Positions 25,630 through 39,815 of a DNA stretch of 64,000 nucleotides are shown in pieces. Under the pieces are notes generated by a model. The model did not search any database and was not told where the DNA came from. It was given only the letters and a program-made list of their open reading frames with translations. The translations under genes were made by a program, and so were the position numbers. The stretch is from Felis catus (taxonomy: Eukaryota), in contig NC_058368.1 of assembly GCF_018350175.1 (NCBI RefSeq), forward strand, positions 125,118,001-125,182,000, read 5' to 3'. Position 1 is the stretch's first letter. Every line of letters starts with the position of its first letter.

Positions 25630-25985
25630 TCACCAGTCATTTGTACATCTTCTTTAGAGAAATGCCTATTTTTGAGTCCTTTGTTCATTTTTTAAATTGG
25701 GTAATTTGCCTTCTAATATTTGAATTGTAAGAGTTCCTTATAAATGTGGATACAAGTGCCTTATCAAATATATAATTCACAAGTATTTTTCCCCATTCAA
25801 TTGGTTGTCTTTTCACTTTCTTGATGATATCATCTTCAGCACAAAAGCTTTGCATTTGGATGAAATCCAATTTAGTCCAATGAAATCTGTTTTTTTCTTC
25901 TGTTGCACGTATTTGGTGTTACATCTCAGAAGGCTTTGCCTAATCTAAATCCATGAAGATTTATTCCTACATTTTCTTCTAGTAC
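25630..25985 (-). mobile_element. Old L1 ORF2 fragment
   Basis: ORF 25685-25870: SFCAEDDIIKKVKRQPIEWGKILVNYIFDKALVS. Confidence 0.8.
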
Positions 25986-25994
25986 ATTCGTGTG

Positions 25995-26333
25995 CTCACT
26001 GACCAAGAAGCTCTCCAGAGCATCCCAGACCTTATTGGGGTTTCATTACATAAGCATGGTAGATTAAATCACTGGCCATGTGATTGAACTTTATCTCTAG
26101 CCCCTGCTCCTCTCTTTGGAGGTCAGGTGCCTGAAATTTCCAACTCTTTAATAACAAGTTTGGTCTTTCTGATGATCATTCAGCATCCATCCTGAGACCA
26201 GCTAGGGACCCTCCCACCCCACATTATGTCATAAGCATAACCAAGATACTCCTATCACTCAAGAAATTCCAAAGGTTGACGAAGATGTACACCAGGACTA
26301 GGGACAAAGACCAGATATTTTGTATTATACCAT
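25995..26333. mobile_element. MER21-like LTR fragment
   Basis: tttcattacataagcatggtagattaaatcactggccatgtgattgaact...tcactcaagaaattccaaagg...gggacaaagaccagatatt. Confidence 0.6.
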
Positions 26334-26794
26334 AGTTATCTACCATACTGATAATTCTGGGATATTTTGTACTTAAAAAAAATGATTTAACTTTGTTTAA
26401 CCTGGTATTTCCTCAATTTACCTGAACATGGAGACCCATATTATGGACCCTACTTCTTCCCCACACATGACACCTATAAGCACACTTGGGAAACACTCTT
26501 CGGGGAACACTACTCAAACCTTTGCTTCTCTGTGCTCCAGTGCTGCATTCCCAAAGGCTTGATGGCTGAACCAACTACACATTTTGTGGGGCCAAGTACA
26601 AAACTGGAGTGTGGAGTTTCTTGTTCAACAATTACTAGAAGCAGCATTAGCAGAGCATTAGCAAATCATGGGACCCTTCTGAGCACAAGGTCCTTTCAGA
26701 CTTACCTCTTTATCCCCACTGCCACATCCCTAACTCAGGCTATCACTGCTCATCCAAGTCCAATTTGGCCTTCTACCAGGCACAGAGCCTCTTT

Positions 26795-27613
26795 TAAAAA
26801 AAAATTTTTTTTTAACATTTTATTTATTTTTGAGACAGAGAGAGAGAGAGAGAGCATGAACAGGGGAGGGTCAGAGAAAGAGGGAGACACAGAATCCGAA
26901 ACAGGCTCCAGGCTCTAAGCTGTCAGCACAGAGCCTGACGCGGGGCTCGAAACCCACAGACCGCGAGATCGTGACCTGAGCCGAAGTTAGACGCTCAACC
27001 GACTGAGCCACCCAGGCGCCCCGACCACAGCCTCTTATCTCACTCCTCCACACAGGCAGCCAGGATAATCATTCTAAAAATGTGGATCGCATCATGATCC
27101 TCCTCCCCTCACCTTCCCTGTTTACAACATCTCAATGATATCCCTTGCTTTTGGAAAAAAGGTCTAATACCTTAACATGGCTTAAAGGCCCTTTCTGATG
27201 AAGTTCCTGCTTACTTGTGAAGTTTCAACTCATTACTCCTGTTTGTCTCCTGGTGGTGATTGTTTCTGTCTTTGTTTGATATAAGATAGGATCCTCAGGC
27301 AGAGAGCCAGACTTCATTTAAAAACAAAACAAAACAAAACAAAACAAAACAAAACAAAACAGGACAGGTTGCATAAGAAGGCCTCAAGGGGGGGCGCCTG
27401 GGTGGCTCAGTCGGTTAAGCGTCTGACTTCGGCTCAGGTCACGATCTCACGGTCTGTGAGTTTGAGCCCTGCGTCGGGCACTGTGCTGACCGCTCAGAGC
27501 CTAGAGCCTGTTTCAGATTCTGTGTCTCCCTCTCTCTCTGCCCCTCCCCCGTTCATGCTCTGTCTCTCTCTGTCTCAAAAATAAATAAAAGTTAAAAAAA
27601 AAAAAAAAAAAAA
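26795..27613. mobile_element. Two young CanSINEs in head-to-head orientation (- about 26795-27022; + 27391-27613) within an L2-like relic
   Basis: CpG-retaining SINE bodies; second copy has TSD aagaaggcctcaagggg. Confidence 0.9.
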
Positions 27614-27734
27614 AAGAAGGCCTCAAGGGGAAAAACAGGAATAGCTTTAGAGCTGGGCCTGACCCCTCGGTGGCCAAGCACAGAAGCTGCCCATGCAGTT
27701 CATTTGCCCTCTCCTGCTGGGCCATGGGATGGGG

Positions 27735-27925
27735 CAGCACAGTATAGTGGCTAAAAGCAGAGTCTCTGGAACCAGACTGCCAAGATAATTAATGCTTTTC
27801 TGCCTTAGTTTCCTCCTCATCTGTAAAAATGAGAATAAAACGATCTACCTTAAACTGAGAATTAAATGAGTTAGTGTCTATAAAACACTTAGGACATTGT
27901 CTGGCAAGCAATAGGCATTATTAAC
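27735..27925 (+). mobile_element. MIR
   Basis: tgccttagtttcctcctcatctgtaaaaatgagaataa MIR core. Confidence 0.7.
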
Positions 27926-28470
27926 AGAGTTCAGATGCACTTCTGCTTCTTCCCTCTCCTGTCAACTAACTACCAGCTATCTTTCTTGTGCTCATGCTTT
28001 CTGCCAATTTATGGTTTTGGATTATTCATGGCTTCCACGGTCTCATGGCACCTGCATATTGTTCCTCTCTGTGTGAGTTTGGCTTCCACTACAATTTTCG
28101 AACTGGTCAGCTACCTCTTGAAACTTTCCAAACTCCCCAAGATCAAGATTTTGATTGGTCCAGAAAAATCACTGCAATCCCTCTGTGGCAACTTACTGCA
28201 GCCAGCTGAGGCAAGAGCACCACTCTGGACTGCTCCCCTCTGTGTGGTTCAGGGAAGGAACCTCTCAGGGGGACCTGTGGGGAAAGCTAGCATTATGGGC
28301 AATGGTCTGTGCAGTACACATGTGTACTCAGTACTCAGGCTTAAAGCTCAGTGCTGTCTCTGAGTGTTTTGGTGCCTGGTCCTCTACTCCTCTAGCCAAT
28401 TCGAATAATTATCTTTAAAACAAATGTTTCCCCCTTTTTATTAAAAAATACATATAGCTTAAAAAAAAAA

Positions 28471-28599
28471 AGGCGCCTGGGTGGCTCAGTTGATTAAGCA
28501 TCTGACTTTGGCTCAGGTAATGATCTCATGGGTTCGTGAGTTCATGAGTTCAAGTCCTGCACAGAGTGAACATGAGGCCTGCTTTGGGTGAGCCCCGCT

Positions 28600-28649
<50 letters not shown>

Positions 28650-28960
28650 CCTTGCTCACTTGCACCCTCTGTCAATAAGTAAATAAATAAATAAATAAAT
28701 AAAAATAAGCCATCATAAAATGGTAAATTTAAAAAGATTCTAACTTAAATAGCAAAGAAGTATGTCCAAATTACTGCTAACTATAGTTATTTCTGTATTT
28801 TCCATGTTTTTAAAATATCTTACATGCCCTGCATTGGGCTCTGTGCTAAAAGCACAGAGTCTGCTTGGTGATTCTCTCTCTTTCTCTACCCCTTGCACAC
28901 ACAAGTGCATGCATTCACGCGTTCCCTCTCTCTCTCTCTCTCAAAATAAATAAAATAAAC
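28471..28960 (+). mobile_element. Two CanSINEs (about 28471-28705; 5'-truncated about 28826-28960)
   Basis: SINE bodies with (CT)n and (TAAA)n tails. Confidence 0.8.
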
Positions 28961-28961
28961 T

Positions 28962-29533
28962 TATCAAAGGGACATATGCACCCCAATGTTTATAGCAGTG
29001 CTATCGACAATAGCCAAAATATAGAAAGAGCCCAAATGTCCATCGACAGATAAATGGATAAAGAAGATATGGCGTGTGTGTGTGTGTGTGTGTGTGTGTA
29101 ATGGAATATTACTCAGCAATCAAAAAGAATATAATCTTGCCACTTGCAACTATGTGGATGGAACTGGAAGGTATTATGCTAAGCAAAATTAGTCAGAGAA
29201 AGACAAATATCATATGACTTCACTCACATGAGGAATTTAAGATACAAAACAGATGAACATAAGGGAAGCAAAAATAATATAAAAACAAGGAGGGGGACAA
29301 AACATAAGAGACTCTTAAATACAGAGAACGAACTGAGGGTGGAGGGGCTGTGGGTGGGAATGGGCTAAATGGGCAAGGGGCATTAAGGAAGACACTTGTT
29401 GGGATGAGCACTGAGTGTTATACGTAAGGGATAAATCACTGGAATCTACTCCTAAAATCATTATTGTACTACATGCTAACTAACTCAGATGTAAATTTAA
29501 AAATTAATTAATTAAAAATAAAATAAAATAAAA
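28962..29533 (+). mobile_element. 5'-truncated carnivore/felid L1 3' end
   Basis: gggacatatgcaccccaatgtttatagcag...aatggaatattactcagcaatcaaaaagaat...G-rich 3'UTR and A tail; (TG)n at about 29074-29099. Confidence 0.9.
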
Positions 29534-29979
29534 AACTTAAAAATATTACAAAATCAAATATCTTACTTGGTAATATGCACCTAAAGAGTAATTATGAAAA
29601 AGTCAGATAATTGTGTATACCTCTAAAAATCTCACTGAAAACATCGTGTTGCCATAGGAACTATCATAGGTGAGCTGCAGTAACAGGACATACATGTGCT
29701 TCTTTCTTTTACACCATATTGACAAAATAAGATTTATTTTGTATTAAAATATATATACTAAATGTAAAAATACCCCAATATGCTATATAAAACATAAAAG
29801 AGAAATGAAAGTTCATAAATTAATGCCAAATCTAAACACCTAGGGATAATTAAAAAGCATATTTGGCACTCCACTGTGTTTATTTATTTCCTGTACTTTC
29901 TGCCTGAAATCTTATCATGAAAAATCTCAAAAATATAGAAAAGTTTAAAGGATTCTCCAGAGATCACCCATATGCACAC

Positions 29980-31990
29980 AGTTTATTTATCCATTCTTCT
30001 GTTGATGGACATTTTGGGACTTTCCATTTTTGGCTACTATGAATAAAACTGCTATAAATATTGTAGTACAACTTTCTTTGTAGACATACAGTTTTATTTT
30101 GCTCTCTTAATGGTGCTCTTGATGAACAGAAGTTTTTAATTTTGATGAAATCGGATTTGTGAACTTTTTTTAATGGCTAAATCATTTGTGTCCTAGTTAT
30201 AAATGTTTTACCTACCCCAATCCCATGAATGTATTACCTGAAGTGTTTTTCTAGAAGTATAATAGTTTAATCTTTCACATTAAATCTATGATTTAATCTC
30301 AAATTAATTATTGTGTATGTTATAAGATGAAGCATGTTACTAGGGTCTTTTTATTCCATGTAAATATTCAATTGCTTGACACCATTCATTGAAAAAAAGT
30401 CATTTTCTCACTGAATTGCATTGACGACTTTGTCGTAAATCACGTAACCATATATGCATGAGGCTCCTTCTGGACTCATTGACCTATTTGTCCTTATGCC
30501 AATAGCACCACTGTCTTAATTACTCTTTTAGACTGTTTTAGATTAATTCTTGGCATCTGGTAGGTTAGTCCTTCAAATCCATTCTTCTTCAAGATTGACT
30601 ATTACAGGGGCACCTGGGTGGCACAGTTGGCTAAGTGTCCAACTTCGATTCAGGTCATGATCTCACAGTTTGTGAGTTTGAGCCCTGAGTTGGGCTCTGT
30701 GCTGATAGCTCAGAGCCTGGAGACTGCTATCTGTCATGCTCTGCCTCTCAGTCACCCTCCGTCTCCCTCTCTCAAAAATAAATAAAACATTAAAAAAAAA
30801 AAAAAAAGTACCACTAGGGGCACCTGCGTGGCTCAGTCAGTTAAGCGTCTGACTTTGGCTCAGGTCATGATCTCTCAGTTTGTGAGTTCGAGCCCCACGT
30901 TGGGCTCTGTGCCTGGAGCCTGCTCTAGATTCTGTGTCTCCCTCTCTCTCTGCCCCTCCCCCACTCACATTCTGTCTCTCTCTCTCTCAAAAATAAACAT
31001 TAAAAAAATTTTTTTTAAAAAGCACCGCTTTTTAACCTTAAAAAAAAGATTGACTATTATAGATCTTTTATTTTTTTCACATAATTAAAAAAAATTTTTT
31101 TTAAAGGTTTATTTATTTTTGAGAGAGAGAGAGACACAGAGCATGAGCAGGGGAGGTGCAGAGAGAGGTAGAGACAGAATCTGAAGCAGGCTCCAGGCTC
31201 CAAGCTGACAGCACAGAGCCCAACACAGAGCTCGAACTCAGGAACGCGAGATCATGACCTGAGCCCAAGTCAGATGCTCAACCAACTGGGCCACCAGGTG
31301 CCCCTTTTTTCACATAATTTTTAAAATCAGCTTGTAATTTTCTATTTTTAAAAAATATGCTAAGATTTTTATGGAACTGCATTAAATTTAAGATCAATTT
31401 GAGGAAACTAGACATCTTAACAATATACAGTTTTCCAATTCCTAAAATGATATGTATCTCTATTTAATTACGCCTTCAACTTCTTTTGGCAATGTTTTAT
31501 AGTTTTCATTGTAGAAGTCTTTGTAGAATATCTTTGATTGACTTCATTGTGGAATAATGTGATGGCATTCTGTACTCTTATAAATGCAGTTTTAACATTT
31601 TTAGTTTCTAGTTGACTGTTGCTAATATGTAAAAGATATATTTCCTATTGACCTCGTATGTAGGTTACTAAATTCAACTTATTATTCTAGAAATTTATCT
31701 GTAGACTCAATTGGATTTTTTAACTATAAATCAAATCATTTGTGAATGAACAAAATTTTATTTCTTCACTTTCAACTGTATGCCTTTTATTTCTTTCTAT
31801 TGTTTTATTACACTGGTTAGGTTCTTCAGTACAATGTGAATAGAAGTGGTAAGAATAGATATTATTGTCTTGTTACCAGCTTAGCAGAAAAGCATTCAAT
31901 ACTTCACCACTAAAGTGACATTAGCTGTTAATATCGTTGTTGTTTGATATGTGCTCCTTACCAAATTGATTTAATTCCCTTCCTAGTTTT
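29980..31990 (-). mobile_element. Old L1 (L1M) ORF2/3' region interrupted by three CanSINEs (+30607-30808, +30817-31020, -31095-31304)
   Basis: Typical antisense L1 sequence (ttctgttgatggacattt..., cagtacaatgtgaatagaagtggtaagaatagatattattgtcttgtt...). Confidence 0.75.
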
Positions 31991-33299
31991 CTCTGAATGA
32001 CATAAGCTTCTCTCACTTTCTTTGATTTATTTATTTGTATCCCTTCTCTCATACAGAAAATACTGGTCCTTAATAATGTGAATATAGTTTTTTTTTTGTT
32101 TTATTCTATGATGTAGATAAAATGGTTTCAAAATTATAGTATCAATACCAAAGTTGCTACTAAGTAAAATGCAAGATTTGCTTTTTATTTCACTCTTTTG
32201 ATATATCTCCCTAAGACTCTACAGGCAGGGTCCTATCTTCTAAAGACAATTGAAAAAATTCTTTCCTCTTTATGGCTGTATCACCAATTTGATATACAGT
32301 TAAATTAAACTGTTTCATTTTACTTTCAATTTTGGAGGGTTTTTTTCACGTAAACTACCATATCATCTGGGAATAAAAGTAGTTTTGCCTCTACCTTTTC
32401 AATTTTTAACCTTCTAATTGTTTCCCACTGACTGCTTGTGTAGGCTAAAGTTTCACAGAGTTAATTTGTTGTGAAGATGGTGATTATTTTTGCCTCATTC
32501 CTAAATCAAGTAAGAGTGTGCCCAGTATTCCCCCAATGATATCCTGCCTTAGAGGGAACTGTGTATATCTACTACAACTGCTCCCTCCCCTATATTCCTG
32601 TAAGTACAATCCTAAATCTGATCTTCATTATCTCTTTCTCTGCCTTGACCTTCCTCTTTGCACTCTGTCCACCGTTCATGGTTGACAAATTGTTTGAATC
32701 CCTTCTGTGATTGTGCCACTTCTGTAAAATGCAAACACCTTTGCTCGGTATGTAAGGTATTCTGCATAAGGTGTAGTTGTTACAAGTATTAATAAGACAT
32801 GAATGCACTGGGATTGGGCTTTGGAGAGGGTATAGGTGTGATACAAAAGAAGAGATAAGGGAAATCAGAGTCATATAGTTCTGTATAGCAGGAGGCATCA
32901 AATCTCCAGTGGCATGAGTTAACACTGTGATGGTCAGAGAACAGAGGCAAAGTTAGGAATTGCATCCCTTGTTTGAGACATTAGGACCTCTTTGAAGACC
33001 TGAAGTCCTTTCTCACTGATATTAATAAAGCACAGTTATCTGGCTTCAATTTACCTTTCTTACTTCTCTCATACTATTACTCTTGACAAAGACCATCAGA
33101 CTTAACTTTCTGTACCATTTTTGTACTTGGGATTTGAAATTAGGTGAATTTTGTGTCTGACACTTTAAGTCGGTCTCTGTAGCCATAAGCCAAAGACACC
33201 AAGACCCCTACAAGACTCATACACAACAAAGAGATTTAACTGTGTTCTCTACTCCAACTATTCCCTCTGCTCAATGAGCATTTCTTTAAACAAAAAAAT

Positions 33300-35944
33300 T
33301 CTTTAATGGTTATTTATTTTTGAGAGAAAGAGACAGAGAGCAAGTGGGGGAGGGACAGAGAGAAAGGGAGACACAGAATCCGAAGTAGGTTTCAGGCTCT
33401 GAGCTGTCAGCACAGAGCCCAACGCGGGGCTCGAACCCATGAACCATGAGATCATGACTTGAGCTGAAGTCACACACTTAACTGACTGAGCCACCCAAAT
33501 GCCCCTCAACGAGGATATCTTGATCCCTACTCCTAGAAATAATCTCTGGCTCCTTCAAATTTACATATGACTTCACCTGTGCTCTCTTATAACACCTCAA
33601 TTCCTACTTTCTGCTGTAGTTATTAAAGTACAAACTTATCCTCTCAATAAACTTCCTGAATTAACTCAGACTGATCCATTTTAGATTCCAATAACTTCTA
33701 GGATGATGTTCTGAATCATTGTAATAAATAATCATGAATAATTGTGGTTTGATCATTACAGAAAACACTGGGCTCCATTCTTTTTTTGCTGTACTTCTAT
33801 AAATACAACCTAAGGTTGCACTTGCTTTTTCTTATTTGTAAATTATTAAGTAACATAAACTTAAAATCTTTTTAAGTTAAAAAAACCTTTTTAAGTTAAA
33901 AAAATCACTTTTTTTTTTAAGGGTATTTTTTGATGAGGGAGAGGGGAAGGAGAAAGAGGGAGAGAGAATCCCAAGCAGACTCCAATCCAGTGCAGAGCCA
34001 TCTGCACTGACTGGGGCACCAGCTCATATACTGTTGGATAGTGACCTGAGCTGAAATCAAGAGTCAGATGCATAACCAACTGAACCACCCAGACACCCCA
34101 ACCCTTTAAGTTTTTTTTCAGTGCTAGGTTTCTTTTGACTTCTATTTGTGAGGCTGATCTTTAAAATTTAAGTAGACAAATTTGATCTTTTGAGATCTAT
34201 CATGTAGTCTATGGAGATCTATCATGATCTATCATGTAGTCTATGGAGATCTTGATTCTATTATCCAACCTGTAATCTGTTTCTCCAGCTTTTAGTCATC
34301 TGCCTATTTGGTAAGCATCTCTTCTAGGTCTTCATAGAGGTAAATAATAAAGGTATGTACAATTCGTGAATCCTCATAAAATTATCAAAAACAAAACAAA
34401 ACAAAACAAACCCCCGAACCTCTCAAAGCCAACATGGATTGATTAAGCAGACGTTTGGCCATTGTTAATAAATTAGTTAAGAATCTAACCCACATAATCC
34501 ATTGTATTATTTTCCATATCACATTTCCTGGATTCATCCAGAAGAATATCATGATTGTCTTTGTCACATGTCTATTAAACAAAAAATAACTATCAATAGC
34601 TTCCCTCTCTTCTACCAATCTTTTTTAAAAAAATTTTTTAATGTTTATTTTTCTGCAAGACAGACAGAGCTTGAGCGGGGGAGGGGCAGAGAGAGAAGGA
34701 GACACAGAATCTGAAGCTGGCTCCAGGCTCTGAGCTGTCAGCACAGAGCCCAAAGTGGGGCTTGAACCCACAAACCATGAGATCATGACCTGAGCCGAAG
34801 CCAGAAGCTCAACCGACTGAGCCACCCAGGTGCCCCATCTACCAATAATAATAAGGAAGAAAATGAGTTTACTTTGGCATGCCATGCTCCTGATGAGCCC
34901 AAACTGGCGCCTACTGCCAGATAAAAGGATTCTGATTTGTTTAACAAAGGCTAGCATTCACACTCAACTGGCTCTCCCCTATCCAAGGGAAGGCGTTACT
35001 CCTACAGGAACAATAGAATTCAGTGACTCACTCCCAGGAGAGAGGTTACTCTTCTTGACAGCTAATCACAACCTGGCAGCATGAAGGTAAAGCAAATCAA
35101 ACTGACAAAAGCTATCTTCCTAGTTTGCCCATTCCTGACGAATTCAGGGAGAAGAATAGAATCTCACTGCTATTGTTTCCCAGCACTTACACACAGTTCC
35201 CAGAACTTTATAACACAAGACCAACAATCAAATAAGGTTACCATCTCTATTCACTAATATAATCACCAGTTCTTACTGAGGATAAAGTTCACTATCAACT
35301 GTGTAACATTCACTCCTAAGGGTGTTCCTAAAATACAGGTCTTTATGGTGTAGATTTTTTTTTTAAGTTTATTTATTTATTTTGAGAGAGAGACACAGTG
35401 AGCAGGGAGAGGCATGAGGGAGAGGGAAAGATAGAGAATACCAAGCAGGTTCCTCACTGTCAGTGCAGAGCCTGATGTGGGGCTCAAACTCATGAACTGT
35501 GAGATCATGACCTGAGTTTATGGCATAGCTTTTGATTAAATTTTTCTCTGCCAGAAATTATTTTGGTAGAAGGTATCCAATAAATACTTGATTTTGTTTC
35601 TTGTCTTACCTAAATCTATTAGGTTTTTTGGGGGTGGGTGTTAAATTTCATTTTGGAAATAGATTTTGTCAGGGTGCTTGGTGCCTGGTTGGTTAAGCGT
35701 CAGACTCTCGATTTCAGATCAGGTCATGATCTCCCGGGTTTGTGAGATTGAGCCCTGTGTGGGGTGCAAAGGCTGCTTGGGATTCTTTCTCTCTCCTCTC
35801 TCTCTCTGCCCCTTCCCCCACTTGTGTGTGCCATCTCTCTATCTCTTAAATAAAAAAATAATTTTTGTAAAAAAGGAAAGAAATAGATTTTATTCTGATT
35901 AAAAAGGTAATTTTTTTAAATGTTTATTTAGGGTTTTTTTTTTT

Positions 35945-35996
<52 letters not shown>

Positions 35997-36155
35997 GGCA
36001 GGCAACAGGGAGACAGAGAGGGAGACACAGGATCTGAAGCAGGCTCCAGGCTCTGAGCTGTCAGCACAGAGCCTGATGCAGGGCTTGAACCCACGAACTG
36101 CGAGACCATGACCTGAGTCCAAGTCGGATGCTTAATTGACTGAGGCACCCAGGCA
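33300..36155. mobile_element. Cluster of six CanSINEs (-33300-33505, -33905-34099, -34622-34836, -35355-35515, +35671-35875, -35925-36155)
   Basis: SINE heads, bodies and tails read directly; coordinates approximate. Confidence 0.85.
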
Positions 36156-37469
36156 CATCAAAAAGGTAATTTTTGAAAACATAATTATAATAGATCTGAG
36201 TATATTTCCTGGCTTTCAGCTCTCCTTCCAGGCAGAGTTCATAATTATATTAATTAATTTGTGCATATTGGAAGAATCTTTTTTTTTCAGGGCACTAGTG
36301 TATATTCCAATAAATTCCTAGAAACTAGGTTAAATTGGATTCTGTTCTTGCCATGTGTACCCTCTTAAAGGAAATATAATACAAAATAATTTTATTTAAT
36401 AACAATTTTGGGGTAGGTCATGAAAAGAACAAAAATAAAGGGTGTAAGTTAAACTGAGTTTCTCTTAGGACAACTTCCAATATAAAATGACATTCAACTA
36501 GTAGATCCTGGCTTGAACCTTTTTGACTTCCAAATGAAATACTTAAAAAGAAAGAAGATGACTACCAAGATCAAAACACAAAACTGATAATTAAGTTAGA
36601 GGCAGAAGCAAGGGGAAAACTCCACTAAGTCAGATGGAAACTGGAAAAGTTTAATCAATTGCTCTCTTTTCCTATGCCACTGGGGAAAATAGTGGCACTC
36701 GTGGGCCAGAAATCAGGTTGTAAAGCCCTTCCGGTTATCCTGAATGAAGAAATAAAAGACTGTTGCAGTGATAAACCTTAGACAGCCAGCCTCCTGCCAC
36801 ATGGTTTGAGGAAGCCAGAATCTTCTCTCCTAGCCCTCCCTTCCTTCTCTTCCTAAAAACATTCAAACTCCATGATAAAAACTAGGCAGGAAGTGGGGTA
36901 TATACCAGAGATGTTGTAGTCTCCAGTGTAAACACTGCAGAAACACTGAGACAGAAAGAGCGGTGAAAATAGAGGGTCTAGCAATTATAATGTTTCACAA
37001 ATCCCACCAATTAGAGAGGGATAGAGATAGTGGGGGCAGGAGAAGATACCATTTCAGGCCAGCAGAGTCTCACTAGATGAAAACTTGCAAGAGGCTGGGA
37101 ATGGGCTAGGAGCTGCCCAGCAGATCTGCTACAGATCTGAGAAGGGAACATGCAAGCTAAAACCCATTGCAGTAGTGTGCTGGTAAACAGACTCTGACTA
37201 CCCCACCACTACCACCAACCCTCCTTCCATTTTGTAAGTTGTTGCCTATTTCCATGGTGTGAACATTCTGAATATAGTGGATCTCAGCTGTCAACGTCAC
37301 TGAACCGCAAGTTAGGAAGAGAAGCACATGACCCCAGATTGCCATAAGCTGGATCCATCACATTCCCTGGCAAGCACTAGATGTGGATGGATTTCTCTTC
37401 ATTCTAGGATGAGTAAAGAGGACCCTGTCAGAAAAATGCTTTAGGACGCAGGAAGGAGAAGAATGTTAA

Positions 37470-37710
37470 CAATAGCTAGCCGGAATTGAGTGCTGGTTGT
37501 TCTAAGTACATTCTACTTTACAAGAAACATCTCTTTTAATCTTCATAGCAATTCTATGCAGTAAGAGGTACTATCTTAATTTTAAGACAACAATCTGAAG
37601 TTTCGTGAGATAAAGTAATTTTTGCCCTGCTCATGCAGCTATTAAGTGGCAGATTTGGTCTTTGGACTGCTGAACTGCAAAGCCAATGCACTTAAACTCT
37701 CAGCTAAGCA
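37470..37710 (-). mobile_element. MIR
   Basis: tttaatcttcatagcaattctatgcagtaag...ctgaagtttcgtgagataaagtaatttttgccc...gctattaagtggcagattt. Confidence 0.6.
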
Positions 37711-39579
37711 CAAAGTAAACCTGCAATAAATGTTCTGATTTCTTGACTCATTATGATAAACCATTCATCTCCCTTATAAATTATTGTCATTTTATACTTC
37801 TTTCTCCTTTGAATTAATGAGAGATTTATGTCCAGGACCTTTCTATTGATCTTTCCTAATTTACAGTGACAAGTGAGTGGCCTCTTGGGGGAAGATTTTT
37901 TTTCTGAGTGAAGTGGGGTGTAGGGGTATAAGTGTGGTGGGAGATACTCAGAGAACAGGGGAACAGGGTGTCAGAATGCAACAGATAGAGAGTAGGGGCT
38001 GGGACGCATACTCCAAACGAAAGCAGTCTGTCATCTATCAATATTTCAGCGTTCTCCTAAATTCATGCCAGAGTCGTTTGCTTTGCTGTCATCAGTGTTA
38101 ACAGCCATATGGATTGATTAGTCATCCAACACTCTAGTTTGATATATACAATGACCTTTATTCCATAACAACTACCTCCTCCCATAGGCACACCTGGGGA
38201 TCTTTGCACGTCTATGTGCTCCACCTTTGATACACTGAAATCCAGTAAATTGCTCGCTAACTACCACCTTCTAACTCTCCCACATCTTACTTCTTCACTT
38301 GACATTTGAACTAGTCAAGTCCTCAGAGACCACCTCCTCTGTTTACCACCAACTTTCCTTCCCTTCTGTCTTCTCTCCTTTTTTAACTCAGCCTACACCC
38401 TGGGTTATATCAGTTCAATCACTGTCTCATCAGTGATCTCATCATCTTTGCCCCTTTGCCTCCCATCATCCCTAAGTGTTCATCCATCAGCCCTCTCAGC
38501 CTCTGAATGCAAGCTGTTGTGAAAATCATGCAATAAGGTTCTCTCACCTCAGCTTACTCTTCCTCACAGCCCAAAAGTCCTTCAGTAAATGCTTTGTCAG
38601 ACGTTTCTCCTATTCCTCACAGAAGCTATTTCAAACTTTTACCATATTCCTAGTCTACAGACCTCTCCTTAACTTCAGAAGACCTTGGCTGCACTTCACA
38701 AATGTATTCCACGGGAGATGCTCCATATTCTCGGGGCATCAGGGCACTTCTGAGCACACAGTCCATAAGCCTTTTCAACAGGAACTTTAGTACCTCCTTT
38801 GTGAAGACTCCACATTCCTGCATTATCTGAAAGCCCTGGGGAATTTCACAGCTAAAAAAGTCTGCCTTCCATACCCAAGTAGAGATGGCTCTGGAGTTTG
38901 ATAAGAATGCTGGCATACATATTATTGACACTAAACCCCACTGCCTCCAGCCTCCTGATGATCTTGCAAGGGCTATGTGGAATACTTAAGAGAGGGCAAC
39001 TGCCCTCACATAGTATAAATCTCTTCCAAGTCTTCCTACTCTTGGTTTCTCAAAGTTACAGACCTAGAGCAGAGAAAACAGAAAAATTTATATATAAGCC
39101 CAAATCTCTCTGATTCAGCCTAGATCAAATTGAATTCCAGACTGTAATAGAGGTGCCATATGTTTCAATAATAGGAATCTTGGGCAGATGAGATGTTGAC
39201 ACAGACATTTTACAGTTTCAAAACTCTGAGCTGGGCATTGGAGCTTACTGCAGAGATAAAGATCAAATATGGGCTTCATTAACCAATCAAATGTGTCAAG
39301 GACACTAAAAATGTAAACATTAGCCAGGTTGGGGTAAAGGTCCTTTCTTGACAGATGATGTTTCTTATCATGATGAAATTGATTCCTGGCTAGGGTGTAT
39401 TTAAGAAGTTCAACAGTTACATCTTGATTTTTAACTACAACGGTTTACTGTTTTATATTACCCTTAATTTTGAGACGATGATGCTTGTTTTACTTGTTTG
39501 TTTTGAGAAATTTTATTTCCTTATTGTTTGTTACAGGACGTTCAGTTTGGATTTCTTCATCAACATTGTAACTGATCTT

Positions 39580-39815
39580 GGGGTGCCTGGGTGGCGCAGT
39601 CGGTTAAGCGTCCGACTTCAGCCAGGTCACGATCTCGCGGTCCGTGAGTTCGAGCCCCACGTCGGGCTCTGGGCTGATGGCTCGGAGCCTGGAGCCTGTT
39701 TCCGATTCTGTGTCTCCCTCTCTCTCTGCCCCTCCCCCGTTCATGCTCTGTCTCTCTCTGTCCCAAAAATAAAAAAATAAACGTTGAAAAAAAAATTAAA
39801 AAACAAAACAAAAAA
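39580..39815 (+). mobile_element. Young SINEC_Fc-type SINE
   Basis: CpG-rich body; perfect TSD aacattgtaactgatctt at 39562-39579 and 39816-39833. Confidence 0.95.

Noticed and set aside
27935..28363. 142-aa ORF, and similar ORFs such as 22357-22716 and 20857-21201
   Set aside because: No recognisable domain or splice structure; lengths are compatible with chance, and some overlap LTR relics
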